A DNA stretch of 64,000 nt from Pseudomonas phage WP1. The position numbers and the translations under genes were made by a program. Shown here in pieces: positions 1-11,659 of the stretch (its first letter is position 1; each line of letters begins with the position of its first letter). The notes beneath the pieces are model-generated. The model was not told where the DNA came from. It saw only the letters and a program-made list of their open reading frames with translations, and made no database searches. The DNA is taken from sequence record PP596839.1. One strand, written 5' to 3'.

Positions 1-52
1 ATATAAAGAGGCCAAGATCACGAAGCCGAAGATGAAAAAGAGCAAATCTTAA
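1..52 (+). CDS. 3' end of an upstream gene (partial; ...YKEAKITKPKMKKSKS*)
   Basis: Open frame runs from the window start to TAA at 50-52; the early promoter follows it. Confidence 0.25.
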   Translation, partial: YKEAKITKPKMKKSKS

Positions 53-64
53 CATGTAACCTGC

Positions 65-93
65 TTTACTTCAGCTGCAACCTGCGTTATTAT
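65..93 (+). promoter_or_regulatory. Early promoter family copy (-35 TTTACT, 17-nt spacer, -10 TATTAT)
   Basis: Matches the motif repeated at 34569, 38349, 40058, 42188, 44097 and 56255; followed by RBS caaggag and ATG at 143. Confidence 0.5.
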
Positions 94-142
94 AAACCCA
101 CAGTTAGAAATAACTGAAATTCGACAAACAAGGAGCCTGAAC

Positions 143-1038
143 ATGGCTGGCAAGAAAACCGAGACTTCCAAAGCAACTGAAGAAACCAAGGCCGTTGCGA
201 TGGCCAACGGCGGCGCCGTAGCGACTACTGACGTTCCCGACTTAATGGACCTGGGCGCGCATGACGGCGCCGGTTTCGAAGGGGCTGACGCAGGTTCCAT
301 GCCATTCCCTTCATCCAGATCCTGCAAAAGATGTCGCCGCAGGTCGATGAAGACGACCCGAAGTACATCGAGGGTGCGAAGCCCGGCATATTCCTGAATA
401 CCGTCACCGGCAAGATTTACGACGGCAAAACCGGTCTACTGATCATCCCGGCCGCGTATCGTCGCGAGTTCATTCGCTGGGCTGGCCGCGACGCCGAGGG
501 CGGTTTCAAAGGGTCCATCAGCGTCGAAGACTTCAAGGAAATGATGAAAGACCCTACCAAGGTCAAGGAAGTCGAAGGGCGTCTGTACGCGCCGAATGAA
601 GACGGCTCGGTCAGCGACAAGAAATCCGATTACTTCGCCGACACCCATGGTCATTACGTCATCGTCATCGATCCGGAAACCGGCGACTTCGGCCAGGCCC
701 TGATCTCCCTGTCGTCTTCGCAGATCAAGGCCTCGAAGAAGCTTAATAACCGCCCTGTCCCAGAAGAAAGTTCAGACTCCGCAGGGCCTGCGCACGCCGC
801 CGACTTTCGCCAACCTGGTCCGCATGACCACTGTCGCCATGTCGAACGACAAGGGTACTGGTCCGGCGTCCAGTTCGAACTGGAAGGCCTGGTGAAAAAC
901 CCGGATCACTTCAAGGCGGCCGCCGACCTGTACAAGTCGTTCGTCGGCGATGAGGTGGAGGTGGACTACAGCAAGCAGGAACAGCCTCGCGGCGACGCCG
1001 ATGGCGTGGGCAATGCCACTGAAGCCGAAGAGTTCTAA
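143..1038 (+). CDS. Hypothetical early protein of roughly 295 aa, broken by frame changes near 305 and near 770
   Basis: ORFs 143-397 and 331-1038 join into one reading (..GADAGSMPF/IQILQKMSPQVDEDDPKYIEGAKPGIF..). Own promoter and RBS; no family recognised. Confidence 0.45.
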
Positions 1039-1093
1039 CGTCAACGGCCAGAGAAAGGCGCTGTAATGGCGCCTTTCTCTGAGGAATCGAACC

Positions 1094-1699
1094 ATGGACT
1101 GGAAGGACATAGGTAGTAAGATCGGCGCGGCTGCCCCGGCCCTGGGGTCGCTCCTGGGTGGGCCTGCAGGCGCCGCCGCTGGCGCTATCGTCGCGACGGC
1201 GCTAGGGTCGAAGGCCGACCCAGCCTCGGTCGCGAGCGCTCTAGACGCGAATCCGGAGGCTCTAGCGCGCCTCGCAGAACTCCAGAGCGCCGAGCGCGTT
1301 CGCCTCCAGGAGCTGGCCATCCAGGCCGAACAAAACCGTCTTCAGCCTGAGCAAAACCAGCTCCAAGCCGAACTCAGCCAGTTCGCCGCCGAGGCGGCAG
1401 ACAGGGATTCGGCGAGAAGGCCTGCCGCGCAACAAAATGACTTCGTTCGCCCGGCGATAACTTCTACTCTCCTGACCGGTTCCATTCTCATCATCATCGC
1501 GATTTTCACATTCGGCCGCGAGGCGCTGATGGACCCGACTTCTTCCGTCGCCATCGGCACCATCATCGGCTACTGGCCTGCTGGACTGAAGCCTGCCATG
1601 GCCTTTTACTTCGGCACCACTAAGGACGGATCGCGCCAGAGCACGGCGTCCATCATCAACGCAGTCAAATCCCAAATACAGAAGGAATCGAAAGAATGA
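1094..1699 (+). CDS. Holin-like membrane protein (N-terminal glycine zipper, coiled coil, one or more TM; resembles the 3TM-holin DUF3154 family)
   Basis: Intact 201-aa ORF. Starts MDWKDIGSKIGAAAPALGSLLGGPAGAAAGAIV, has a TM segment ITSTLLTGSILIIIAIFTF, RBS gagga, and its stop overlaps the next start (ATGA). Confidence 0.45.
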   Translation: MDWKDIGSKIGAAAPALGSLLGGPAGAAAGAIVATALGSKADPASVASALDANPEALARLAELQSAERVRLQELAIQAEQNRLQPEQNQLQAELSQFAAEAADRDSARRPAAQQNDFVRPAITSTLLTGSILIIIAIFTFGREALMDPTSSVAIGTIIGYWPAGLKPAMAFYFGTTKDGSRQSTASIINAVKSQIQKESKE

Positions 1700-2100
1700 T
1701 CATCGAACGAATAATGAATAGCGAACTCCATGACCTGGTGGTAAAATGGGGTTCAGACCGCACCTGATCAAAGGCTCTTCGGCCAAAGATCAGTTCCTCA
1801 CTGGTAGAAGAATTCGCAGAAGCCTGCGAAGCCTACATCCAGAATAACACCGCCGAAGTGAAAGACGGCATCGGCAATGTAATGGTCGTGGCCACCATCA
1901 TGGCCGCGCAGCTCGGCGAAAACCTGTTCGACCACATGTCAGCCTTCGTCCTGGCGGTCGAGCGCCGCCCGTCCTACGGCGAAGACCTGAAATTACTCGG
2001 CGACCTGGCCAGCTCGCTGGCTCGCGGAAATCGATGGCCTGCCATCAAGAGCCTGGTAATGGCAGTCGCATCCCTGTTCGACGCGGCAGAAGAGCCATGA
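1697..2100 (+). CDS. MazG-like nucleoside triphosphate pyrophosphohydrolase (frame change near 1765)
   Basis: EEFAEACEAY..E..DGIGNVMVVATIMAAQLGENLFD matches the MazG EExxE..D..v motif pattern. The start MIIERIMNSELHDLVVKWG lies in a neighbouring frame. Confidence 0.5.
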
Positions 2101-2107
2101 CACCACC

Positions 2108-3240
2108 ATGCTCAAATGCTACCAGGCGGCCTACGACACCATCAAGGATCGCAAAGGCGTGATGTACAACGGCGTGTTCATCAAGGAGTCGGATGAGCGC
2201 CATGCATCGATAATGGCCGAGCTGAATCACGCCAACGAAACCGGCCTGATCCGGCTTACCGCCATTCAGCCCGGTTCGCCGGGCTTCTTTCTGGAGTATC
2301 CATGGAACCCATGCTCACATCGACCATGACCCGGAACTTCTGGACAGCCAGCTGCCGATGTACTTTTCTCCGAAGATCGATGGTTTTCGCTGTTTCATAT
2401 CTGAAGGCGAAGCCTGACGCGAAGCCTAAAGCCGCAGACCAACCAGTCCATCCAGTGAATATCTCAGCAATGCAATGTTCGATGGCCTGGATGGCGAACT
2501 GGCCTGCGGCGACATCAGAGACCCGAAAGTATTCCAGAAGTCGTCCGGCGACCTTCGCCGTCGCGACGGTGAACCGGACTGGTCTTTCCACGTGCCTGAC
2601 GATTTCACCGATCCGCGCGCGCCGACCGAAGAGCGGACTCGCCAGCTGCCGAGCGCGTCAGCTTCCTGAAGAACTGCATGGGCCATGAGAGGATTCACCT
2701 AGTCGAGCAGGAACTGGTCACCTCCATCGAACAGTTCAGCGAAGTCGAACGTCGCCACACGGGACCTGGATTCGAAGGCTCGATGGGAAAGCGCGTCGAT
2801 GGAACTTACAAGTTCGGGCGCTCGACGGCCAAGGAAGGGTACTGCGTCAAAGTCAAGAGGACATGACCATGATGAAGCAGAGACTGCTGACGTCGAAGAG
2901 CTGATGCATAATAACAATGAAGCATTCACGAATGAGCTAGGTCGAACGGCCCGCTCAAGCCATTCGGAAAACCTGGCTCCATCAGGCCATGGCTGGCGCG
3001 TTCGCCTGCCGCAACGAGGGCCTGTGGCCTGGAGTGACTTTCAATGTTTCCGCATCCAGCCTCACTCACGACGAAAAGCAGCGCCGTTGGAACGACAGGG
3101 AATTTCTCGCCGGCCAGGTAATCCGATTCAAGCACTTCTCCAATGGTGCCAAGGATAAGCCGCGCAATGCCGTCTTCGACTGCTGGCTGGACGGGATGGG
3201 GCGCGAGCCACTGATTCTAGCGGACACTAGATCGAAATAA
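2108..3240 (+). CDS. ATP-dependent DNA ligase (phage-type), broken by at least 4 frame changes
   Basis: Fragments carry ligase motifs: AMFDGLDGE (motif I-like KxDG), FEGSMGKRVDGTYKFGRSTAKEGYCVKVKR (motifs IV-V EGxMxK...K.K), GVTFNVSASSLTHDEKQRRW and KDKPRNAVF (motif VI-like). Confidence 0.55.
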
Positions 3241-3241
3241 A

Positions 3242-3290
3242 CCCGGACGCCTTATCTTAAAGGCGATCCGGGTTTTCTCGTTTTAATGTC
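3242..3290 (+). terminator. Rho-independent terminator after the ligase gene
   Basis: CCCGGACGCC...GGCGATCCGGG stem with a 1-nt bulge, followed by TTTTCTCGTTTT. Confidence 0.55.
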
Positions 3291-3491
3291 GACAAATTAA
3301 GCCTTAGACCGGACTCGGGCGCCAGAGTTCCTGGCCAGAAAGAAGGCGATTTAATATCGCGGTGCGTATCGTTAAACAGTTAAGCGCGAGCATTTTCGTC
3401 GAGTTATAATAACGCCCGACCCTTCCGATTAACACAGCGCATCCCCAAGCCATTATCGGGGTGAGGAGAAGACCGCAAACAGAGGACTAAC

Positions 3492-3743
3492 ATGAAACGC
3501 AAAGAGCATCGCAAGCGCTTTCGGCCAAGAATCAGCCCCAGACTCCGGGAAGAGTTAATATCCGTCCTGACCAAGATCATAGGCGAGACAGTCAAGGACA
3601 AGGTGGTAAGAGCGCTGTTAATCGGCGTCCTGAGTTCACTAGGGAACCCTGTGGATTCGGTCACTCAGGAAGAGTCCGCCGCGCCGGCTGAAGTCAAGAT
3701 GGCTGAAGAGGCAAAGCCGGAAAGCAAAAAGGCCGCTGAATAA
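3492..3743 (+). CDS. Small basic protein (83 aa)
   Basis: Intact ORF with RBS aacagaggact 7 nt before the ATG, an upstream TATAAT-like box, and a terminator immediately downstream. Confidence 0.45.
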   Translation: MKRKEHRKRFRPRISPRLREELISVLTKIIGETVKDKVVRALLIGVLSSLGNPVDSVTQEESAAPAEVKMAEEAKPESKKAAE

Positions 3744-3758
3744 GCGGCCTTTTCTTCT
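3729..3758. terminator. Bidirectional rho-independent terminator
   Basis: AAGGCCGC-tgaataa-GCGGCCTT hairpin with T-runs on both strands, lying between the convergent 3492-3743 (+) gene and the endolysin (-). Confidence 0.55.
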
Positions 3759-3767
3759 GGGCGAATA

Positions 3768-4433
3768 TCAGGAGCCTGACTGATCGCGGCGATGGTCTTC
3801 ATATAACGGCTGATCCGGAGCTGGCAATGGTTCGCATCGTTCGGCGCGGCGCCGTTGATGGTTTTCACGACCATGGAGAAGCTGCTGGATTCCGCCATGG
3901 GGATGCAGCGACTGCGCCAGAAGAACCAGGCCGAAGACATCGACGCGCCGGCCGGAGTTTCCAGAAGCTCCGGCTTCTCCAGAACGTCCATGCCGGAGTC
4001 TTCGGCGAACAGAGAATAGTTCGACTTCCCGGTCCGCTGGATTAAGCCGCGCCCGCGATACTTCCAACCATCGCCATCCTGCTCGCATCCACTGCCCATG
4101 CGATCCGCGTACACGTTGCTGGCAATGGCAACCGGGTTTCGGGCCAGACGATTCGCCAGAGCATTCGGGACATACGGGCGGACTCGCGGGTCTACTGCGT
4201 ACCGGCGCAGCCAGGTGCTGGCCAATCCCTGGGCGCTGTCGCTGAGATTCTCCACTAGACTCACCAGTCCACCGGACTCGACGCCGATGTCTGGCTAGGT
4301 AGGCCGCAATGGCTCGCGGCAACTGGACCTGGAACCTGTCCATAGCCGCCTGGACATCATCCAGCCACCTGATCGCCCGATCCATGGTGCAACCGGTTCC
4401 GGTGATCAGAATATCCTTCATGATTTTCATCAA
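3768..4433 (-). CDS. Endolysin, glycoside hydrolase family 19 (frame changes near 4270 and near 3790)
   Basis: N-terminal MKIMKDILITGTGCTMDRAIRWLDDVQAAMDRFQVQLPRAIAAYLA, GH19 signature YRGRGLIQRTGKSNY, and C-terminal INGAAPND..RISRYMKTIAAI. RBS caggag upstream. Confidence 0.7.
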   Translation of the reverse strand: MMKIMKDILITGTGCTMDRAIRWLDDVQAAMDRFQVQLPRAIAAYLARHRRRVRWTGESSGESQRQRPGIGQHLAAPVRSRPASPPVCPECSGESSGPKPGCHCQQRVRGSHGQWMRAGWRWLEVSRARLNPADREVELFSVRRRLRHGRSGEAGASGNSGRRVDVFGLVLLAQSLHPHGGIQQLLHGRENHQRRRAERCEPLPAPDQPLYEDHRRDQSGS

Positions 4434-4436
4434 TAC

Positions 4437-4859
4437 TCCTGATTTTTAAACATCGTTTTCAGAGCCATGGGAAGTCGCGGCCGATCCCCGCTATTCCAAT
4501 CGCGAACCTCCTGCCTCCAGGAAACAAGAGCTGCTATCAGCCCAGGTCCGTCCATGGTTTCGATACCCAGCCGCACCTGCTCGTCATGACGATCCATGGG
4601 CCAGCGGGTATCGCGAAGGATAGCCCGCTTTTCCCTGCTCGTATAGCGTCCTGCAAGGCCTTCTCCCGCGTCGAATCTACCGGGGCGATAGGTCCATGCT
4701 CCCCGGACAGGATCGCAGCCGTGGATGGCCCTTCCAGTGGGCCTCCACGTAATACAGACTGGCAGTGAAAGGAACTTCCCCGATCCCCTCGAAAGTCACC
4801 ATGGCGTGGATGCCTGTTTCATCCAGCCAACGAGGGTTCCTGATCCGCGTCCATTTCAT
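4437..4859 (-). CDS. Hypothetical protein directly after the tail fiber gene (possible fiber assembly factor; frameshifted)
   Basis: MKWTRIRNPRWLDETGIHAMVTFEGIGEVPF.. starts 1 nt after the fiber stop and ends with TGA overlapping the endolysin ATG. Confidence 0.3.
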
Positions 4860-4860
4860 T

Positions 4861-7750
4861 TTACGTCACTCGCTGGAAAAGGGTCGCGGAGTCAGGAGTG
4901 CTGGCATCCCGGCTGACTACATATCCCATGCAGCGCCAAGTTCCGGCAGGCCTCTGGCCGCTACTGTAGCCTGCGGCGCAAGACGAGTAGATGAGAATGG
5001 AACCGTCCACAACCACTCCCGGCTGAACGGTCACGGCTGGAGCGGCACTGTCCAGAACCGCAAAGATGCCATAGGAACCGACTCCGCCAAGACCCACCTG
5101 AACCAGCGCCTGGCTGATGTCAGTTACTGTCGTTCCCGCCGTGGATGACCGGATAGGCGTCTGCCCCCAGGTTTCCGCCACCTACTTGAGAACGCTGTCG
5201 GTATCCAAGCCGAAGCTGACGAAGATACTGCCGCCCCGCTCGAAAATAACTGCTGCCGCTTGCCCCAATGCACCCGTTCCTGCAGGTTGATGGCGCCAAC
5301 TCGACCTGGCGAAGCCATGCCGCTACCAGTTCCAGGAAATGCGGCTGAAGGTCATGCTGCCGCTGGTAGCGTTCGCGGCGTTCAAATCCACTTTCGTTGC
5401 CGGATCAAAGTTCCCGGATCGCCAAATGGCCTGACCGTTCCAGGACGGCGCGGTCGGGCTGGCCGCCCAAAGATTAATAATGTTCCTGGAATCGGCGATT
5501 TCCCTGGAACTGTGCCGAGCGATCCGCCGCCCCATTTCAGCCTGTTGTCGGTATCAATGCCGAAGAACGCGCCCCAGCTGCCAGGACAAATGAACGCAAT
5601 GACGGCCGGTTCTGCAGACGGACCGGCTGGCACGCTGTAAACCGTCAAAGGGGCCTGAGAATAATCGGACAGCGATGCGACTGGAGCGAATGGCATAGTT
5701 CCGCTGAATCTCGCAGTGCTGCTAGTTTCTGGGTGCCGCCTTGATGGTCAGCCTGGTGTTCGGATTAAAGTTCCACGGCCCCCAGAATTCGTTTCCGCCC
5801 CAAACAGGAGATGCCAGCCATGGAATTCGCCGTGGAAACGGATGCGGATTCGTCGGTAATCACGTAGGCGTTACTGCCGAGCGACCAGCCGGCCCGCTCG
5901 CTGTCCATCCTTGTCCATCCCCAGATACCATCCTGCCTGGGAGCTGTCGAAATAAAGCGCGGCAGGCTCGCCACCACCTTTCCCGAAGATCTGAAGAGCA
6001 GCGTTTCCGCCATGAAGCCGTCATGGAACTGGAGCCCCATATGTTAATGCTGCCGGTGCTGCCGCCTGTATTCCGAATCCCGGTCGGGCCGGCGACCTGG
6101 TTCGATGGCATTCACAGTCAACCTGGTGGAGGGATCAAAGTTTCCAGAATCCCAAGGAATGTACTGACCGGCAAAGAGCGGACAACTGCTGAACATGACG
6201 TTCGATGGACGCCCAGTCCCATCGCCATGACCCTGAGCGATAGGAGCCGTCCGGACTGGTGGTACTGACTGCGATAACCGCGTTGCTGCTGGCGTCCACG
6301 CCTGTGCGAAAATGAACTTCCAGCCGGGCTGATCGGCGGTGATGTCCTGCCAAAGGGGACCAGAGTTCGCGATGTACGCGAGGTTTTTCGCAACATCCAG
6401 TCGCGGCTGGAGGAATGTAACATTCGACCTCCTGAACAGGATATCCTGGGTAGGACCAGCTGACCCTGGCGAGAGTAGAACGCCATCGACCCATCAGCTT
6501 CAGAGATAAAGCGATAGTCGAAGTCTCTGGCACGGCTGCTGCTGAAGTGGAAATCGATGAAAGGCCGAGCGTCAGACAGCTCCAGACTGGCGAACCACGG
6601 CGTAATGTACTGGATAGCGACGTTCGGCTTGCTGACGACGTCAGCCCAGTCCACTTCAGTCAGCTTCTGGGACGCGACGTAATCCTTCACCTGTTTCCAG
6701 CTGGGGGCCTGGTAATCTGATCGGCGCTGCCAACCTGGATGCGTGGCGCGCCTGCGAGGATTCTCCAGCGGTCGCCTCCTGCGTCGAATACAAGCTCAGC
6801 GATGAGTCCCTGGCCAAGTTCGCCGCCGATGAGAGGGAAGCTGGCCGCGCCGACAATGGCCCTGGCGCCGAGTCCGGAGACGTTGATGGTGGAGGCGCCG
6901 ATGTTAATGGTGCTGAACCTGACCCGAAGAATAATGCCATCCACCAGGCCGCCTGGAGCTGCGGAACTAGCGTCAACGTGTAAGCGTTCGCCGATCCGGC
7001 CGCGACTCCATAGGTGACCCGACCTGCTGAAGGGCAATGACGTTTACCGCATACATCCAGCTGGTCCACGCTCCGGCATTAAGCCCGCGCACAGCGACGT
7101 TCCCGACGCGATCGATGTAGCGCTGGACGCAGAACGTACTGGCTCCGGACACCCAAGATTTCGCCTCCAACATGCCAGCAGCGGCACCAGCGGAAGCCGG
7201 ATATACGGGGGCGTTCTGAGAAGCGATAACCACTGAATCAGAGAAGAACTCCCACGTCCCATTTAACAGGTCGCTGAAGCTGCGGCCGGTCGTGATGACT
7301 TCTCCGCCAGAAGATCGGCCTGGGCCTCCGGCCGGCATCGGGATGCTGGAGCGCATCGCCGACCATGCGGGCTGTTCTTCCCAAGTCATCCTGCTGAGAG
7401 GGTCGCTCGCACTGGCATTCACCATGGAACGATAACGCCGCGTCATGCCGTCATTTCCGACGCGCACGACTTCTGCATTCCTGTTCGTAGCCGCCAGGCA
7501 ATTCCCTGAAACCACGGCGGCGCCACCTGTCGCTGCCACGCCTATGCGTTCTGGGTCGCGATGAAGAAGAGCTGGTTCTGAATTTTCCGCTCGACCGCCC
7601 TGGCCTACGGGCTGTTCGACGCCGACTGATTTCATAGTCCGGCGTGTAGCCGTCGCGAAGGCTGGCAAAACCAATGGAAGAGGCCTGCGGGACTGGGTAT
7701 CTGTCGCCCTGCGCAGCAAACGGACTGGGTATCAGTTCGGGTGTGATCAC
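4861..7750 (-). CDS. Tail fiber protein(s), heavily frameshifted
   Basis: Starts at GTG 7750 with RBS caggag and an N-terminus MITPELIPSPFAAQGDRYPVPQASSIGFASLRDGYTPDY. Gly/Ser/Thr-rich fragments include GIDTDNRLKWGGGSLG; position follows the baseplate genes. Confidence 0.45.
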
Positions 7751-7754
7751 GTCA

Positions 7755-9319
7755 TTACTCCTGAATGACTTTTACATCGCAACCGGCGCAAGTCGGCATG
7801 ATACCGACCGCCCGGTCATTAATCAGGCTGATCAACTGCGGCGACAAATTAAGCGCCGGACCAGCCCTGTATTCTCGCTTGAACGCCCCACTAATGGGTA
7901 GGCCGATCCATGCAGGGCTGGACAGACTGAATGTATCTCTGAGTCCCATCCCCTACTGCGAACCTGGCCGGCTCGGTCGCAGACCCGCCTTTCCAGTCTC
8001 CAGTCCAATACGCTTCTACTCCGGTCGGAAGGGGCTCTCTGAACTTGACTGTTCCGGCCTCGGCGTCCTGCAAAACATAATCAGTGATGGTTACGGGCGC
8101 CCCGGTAGTCTCCAAGTATCCAGCTGGAGTATCACCCAGTTCGACCTGAGCGCCCCAGATAAGCACGTCAATCGCCGCGCTGGAATTCGAATCAATCCAG
8201 CTGAAGCTGGTTCCTGCCGGAGCGACGTAAGCAGCGCGGAACGAAGAGCTGACGGTCCTGGTCGATGAGAACGCAACGCCACCATCCATTTTCCAGACGA
8301 ATCATTCGGGCGCTTACCACGCTCCTGTCCAACATCTGATCGCTGATCACGTTCCCGGAATCCAGGTCGAAAACGGCATCGGCTCGACTGGGGAAATCGG
8401 CAGCCGACTGAACTGCAATGAAACGGGTGGAGCCGGCTTTCGCGAAGAACGAGAACGTTACAGATGCTACCGGACCCCAGCGGCCCATCTATCGGCGCGG
8501 AGACGTAAGCAGTACTCCCGGCCGGCTTAGTAAGCCTGCACACCGTAGCGGAGCCGTCCGGGGCCGTAGCGGACGCCGTTTCGACCGTTACCGGAATACC
8601 GCTCGCGGCCGGATCGACTCCCGGCCAATCGGCGTCGCTGGCAGGGGTCGATGTCGGCAGCATGGTTCGTTCCTGGGCGAACTGGACAACAGCACCATAC
8701 CTTCCCAATCTTTCCGATATATCGCCAAGTTCTCCACAGGGCCATTCTCACCGGCTGGTCCATGAGATAGAAGTACAGACCGGTCGCCTCGTCCAATGGC
8801 TCATCATCACTGAACATGTAACGAACCATGCGACTGACACATGCAATCGAGCCGTTAGAAATCAGCGCTACATATCTTCACTGAAGCACTTTCCTGATTT
8901 CGTCCAAGCTGAGAATTTCGGCACTGCCGCCACCGTAAAAGCTGCCGCCAGGCAATGCGTCTGCCGATGGCGGAACCGTGTACCGCTATCAATGAAGTTC
9001 TGGCGTAGCCGACCGAATGCCCAACTGTTTCTGGATAAAGGCCGAACCCTTTCGAAGGCGTGCCGAGGATGATGCACCAAACCATAAGGCCGAACGGGCT
9101 GGCGGTTTTTCAACTGGAAAACGTCGCGCTCCCGGCTGGCCCAGAACTGGCAGCTGAACCTGTCATACCACTGCGCCTTTACCTGGATCAGGCCGGTGAT
9201 TCCAGCGCCCTGGTCATGGAGCCATTTCAGAGCTGCTGGATGTCCGAACTGTACGCAGGCAGAGTCATACGAAAGTCACCCGAACGTTACCAACGGAAAT
9301 GGTAGCCTGGCCGAATGCG
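7755..9319 (-). CDS. Baseplate or tail-fiber-associated structural protein (frameshifted)
   Basis: Fragments such as ..VLIWGAQVELGDTPAGYLETTGAPV.. lie between the J-like gene and the fiber gene. Boundaries are approximate. Confidence 0.3.
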
Positions 9320-10571
9320 CTAATGACGTATTCCGAAGTGAAATCGCCCGGAGCCGGAGCCGGCGAGCCAGCCGCGACGCACGCGACCTGGCAGAGGCCT
9401 GATGTAGATGCCGGGAATTTCGCGAGCAATGGCGCCGGCGACTTCGAATGCCGACAGGCTCGCGCCCACCACCAGCCCCTCTTCCCCTTCCACTTTCCCC
9501 TGGGCGTAACTGACCACTGCGTCCTGAATGGCTTCCGGAGCTACAGAGGAGGAACCTTCCTGGACTGTTACGTTAACATATCCATCGTACATAACTGGAG
9601 TGGTCCACTTCACGACATACTTTCGACCGGACGCCGGATCGCGCACAGGAACGCCATTCGGACCGTCCACCGGGACGCCGTTGTTCGTCGCACCATAGTC
9701 CAATGGAGTTCCGCCGGTTATGGGCGGCCCACAACGCATCGGCGACTGCTGTTTATCCGGGTTTCCGGCGACGCAGACCCAAACAGCATACGGAAGGGTA
9801 AACGAGACTCCATTCACCACTGAACGGCGCCGGTGCTGTTCTCGATTACGTTCACCGACATGACGTCTGGAACGGCGCTCACATACGCCCTGATGGCCAT
9901 AGTCGAGCTGCGGCCCTGGATGGCCAATCGATTAACGCGGGCATTCTTCGACTCCTGCATCGCTCACCTGGCGGCTGCCCGGATCGACGCGAGTGGAGGC
10001 GATGGCTTCTGCTCCGGACCATCCAACTGTTCCGTCGATGATGATGAGATTCCCGACCGGCAGAGGAAATGTTGCCATACTCCTGCGACCTGATATCAAT
10101 GGTCGCGACACCACCAGCAGGGATCGATGACATCGCTCATCACTGTGAAGATCGCGCCGGCCGGGGCCTGGACCCTAGACCCGGTGGAAATGCGGGCCTC
10201 GCTGCGGCCGGTGACTTGAACTCCATAGCCAAAAGGCTGACAGATCAGAACCGCGCTCGATCCCCATCAAGGCACAGATCGCGTCCAGGAACGTTCCGAA
10301 TGAAACGTTCGGGTTAATGGTACTGGCAATTCGCGCTTCATTCCGCCATGACACTGGAACGGGCGATGGCCTCGGCCGCGACAAGCGATCCCTGCGGAGT
10401 GCTCGCGGCCAGGCTGATACTGGCACCGAGGGCGGCGCGGAACTCGGCCTCAACGTCGCTCAGAACGTCGGCGGTACCTGCGACTATCACACCAGTATCG
10501 ACGATGTAGTCATAATTAGCCATTACAACCCCCCCCCCCGCTGTTAAATCAGAAAAATCAAAATTAGCCAT
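9320..10571 (-). CDS. Baseplate J-like protein (frameshifted; contains a poly-G tract near the 5' end)
   Basis: N-terminus MANFDFSDLTAGGGVVMANYDYIVDTGVIVAGTADVLSDVEAEFRAALGASISLAASTPQGSLVAAEAIAR and later VSYAQGKVEGEEGLVVGASLSAFEVAGAIA resemble P2 gpJ / Mu gp47. RBS AAGGAG upstream. Confidence 0.45.
10529..10539. repeat. Homopolymer C11 (G11 on the coding strand) inside the 5' end of the baseplate J-like gene
   Basis: Counted directly. It lies between two in-frame copies of ATGGCTAATT. Confidence 0.8.
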
Positions 10572-10599
10572 GAAATTCTCCTTAAGCAATCATGCCGCC

Positions 10600-11022
10600 T
10601 TTGGTCCTGGCATCAGGCGGGCTGTTTTCGAGGTGGCCATGGCTGTTCACGCTGACGCCGTTTACAACCAGGGTGCTGGCGATAGTCACACTTCCAGATG
10701 AAATTCGCCTGCGGAGTATCTACCTGACATTCGACGGCGCAATGATCTTGATACTGTCGCCGCGAATGGAAATCCGGGTCGCTCCACTAGTCGACTGGAT
10801 GACCATCGCGGCCGAGTCTTCAGAACTGATGGTGTATCGGCGGAATACATCCGGGATGAACATTCCAATGTTCAACCCTGGATGCGGCCGGTGTTCGGCT
10901 TCGACATCGATAGCGACTCTAAGAACTGGGAAATGTCGCGGTCGGCCGCGTAAATCCAGCCGATATCCCCCTGCCTGGATCGGGAAACTCACGTGGAAGC
11001 CGCCAGCGCCCATGGAAATCAC
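10600..11022 (-). CDS. Baseplate-module protein (frameshifted)
   Basis: ORF fragments 10720-11022 and 10686-10868; assigned by position upstream of the J-like gene. Confidence 0.25.
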
Positions 11023-11068
11023 CGGAATGTCAACCCACTGATGTCGCTGGACGGCATCGTGTTCAGTA

Positions 11069-11659
11069 TCAACCCAGGTGATAGAGAGGCTGGGCTCTGG
11101 CTATATTTTCGGCCCGATCATATTGAACGACCTGGGCGGGAATAATGACTTCAAAGTCGAGCGCGTCCCGCCGCGACCGAGCGTCAAGAGCGGCGATCAG
11201 TCGCGTTCCTGTCGGTAAATTCTCCCTAATGTTAAAGGAATACTGGACATGGGAAAGCACCTGACTGGCCGGTCTAGTATAGCCTTCCCAGGCTCGCTTA
11301 GGAATTATCCCTTTCTGATTCCTGTTCTGTGATGCTTCGGACGCTAGAGCCTCATTCACGCTCTTCGCCGTAATGATGTCAATCATCTTAAAGGCATCTT
11401 GAGTCGAATAATACTCTTCCAGCTCGCGCATAGAAGCTGACCCATTCGCCACCAAACCTGCGACCACAGAAGGTGAATGGGCTGTCTTCACACTTCTGAT
11501 ATCTTCAACAAACCTGGCTGGAATTTCTGACCCTGTCCAATCTCTGAGGAAGCCAAAATTCCGATCAATGACCAGTTCAGACAAAAGTGCAAGCACTTGT
11601 ACGGGGGCTATTACGTTCGCCCGGTCAATGACATAAAGATTAATGTTCGCAGCGGTCAA
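11069..11659 (-). CDS. Hypothetical structural protein (196 aa, intact ORF)
   Basis: Intact ORF within the baseplate module. Confidence 0.35.
   Translation of the reverse strand: MTAANINLYVIDRANVIAPVQVLALLSELVIDRNFGFLRDWTGSEIPARFVEDIRSVKTAHSPSVVAGLVANGSASMRELEEYYSTQDAFKMIDIITAKSVNEALASEASQNRNQKGIIPKRAWEGYTRPASQVLSHVQYSFNIRENLPTGTRLIAALDARSRRDALDFEVIIPAQVVQYDRAENIARAQPLYHLG

Noticed and set aside
3492-3743. Apparent 78-bp convergent overlap between the small plus-strand gene and the endolysin ORF (3665-4264)
   Set aside because: It is resolved by a frame change near 3790. The endolysin then ends at 3768, just before the bidirectional terminator, so there is no real overlap.
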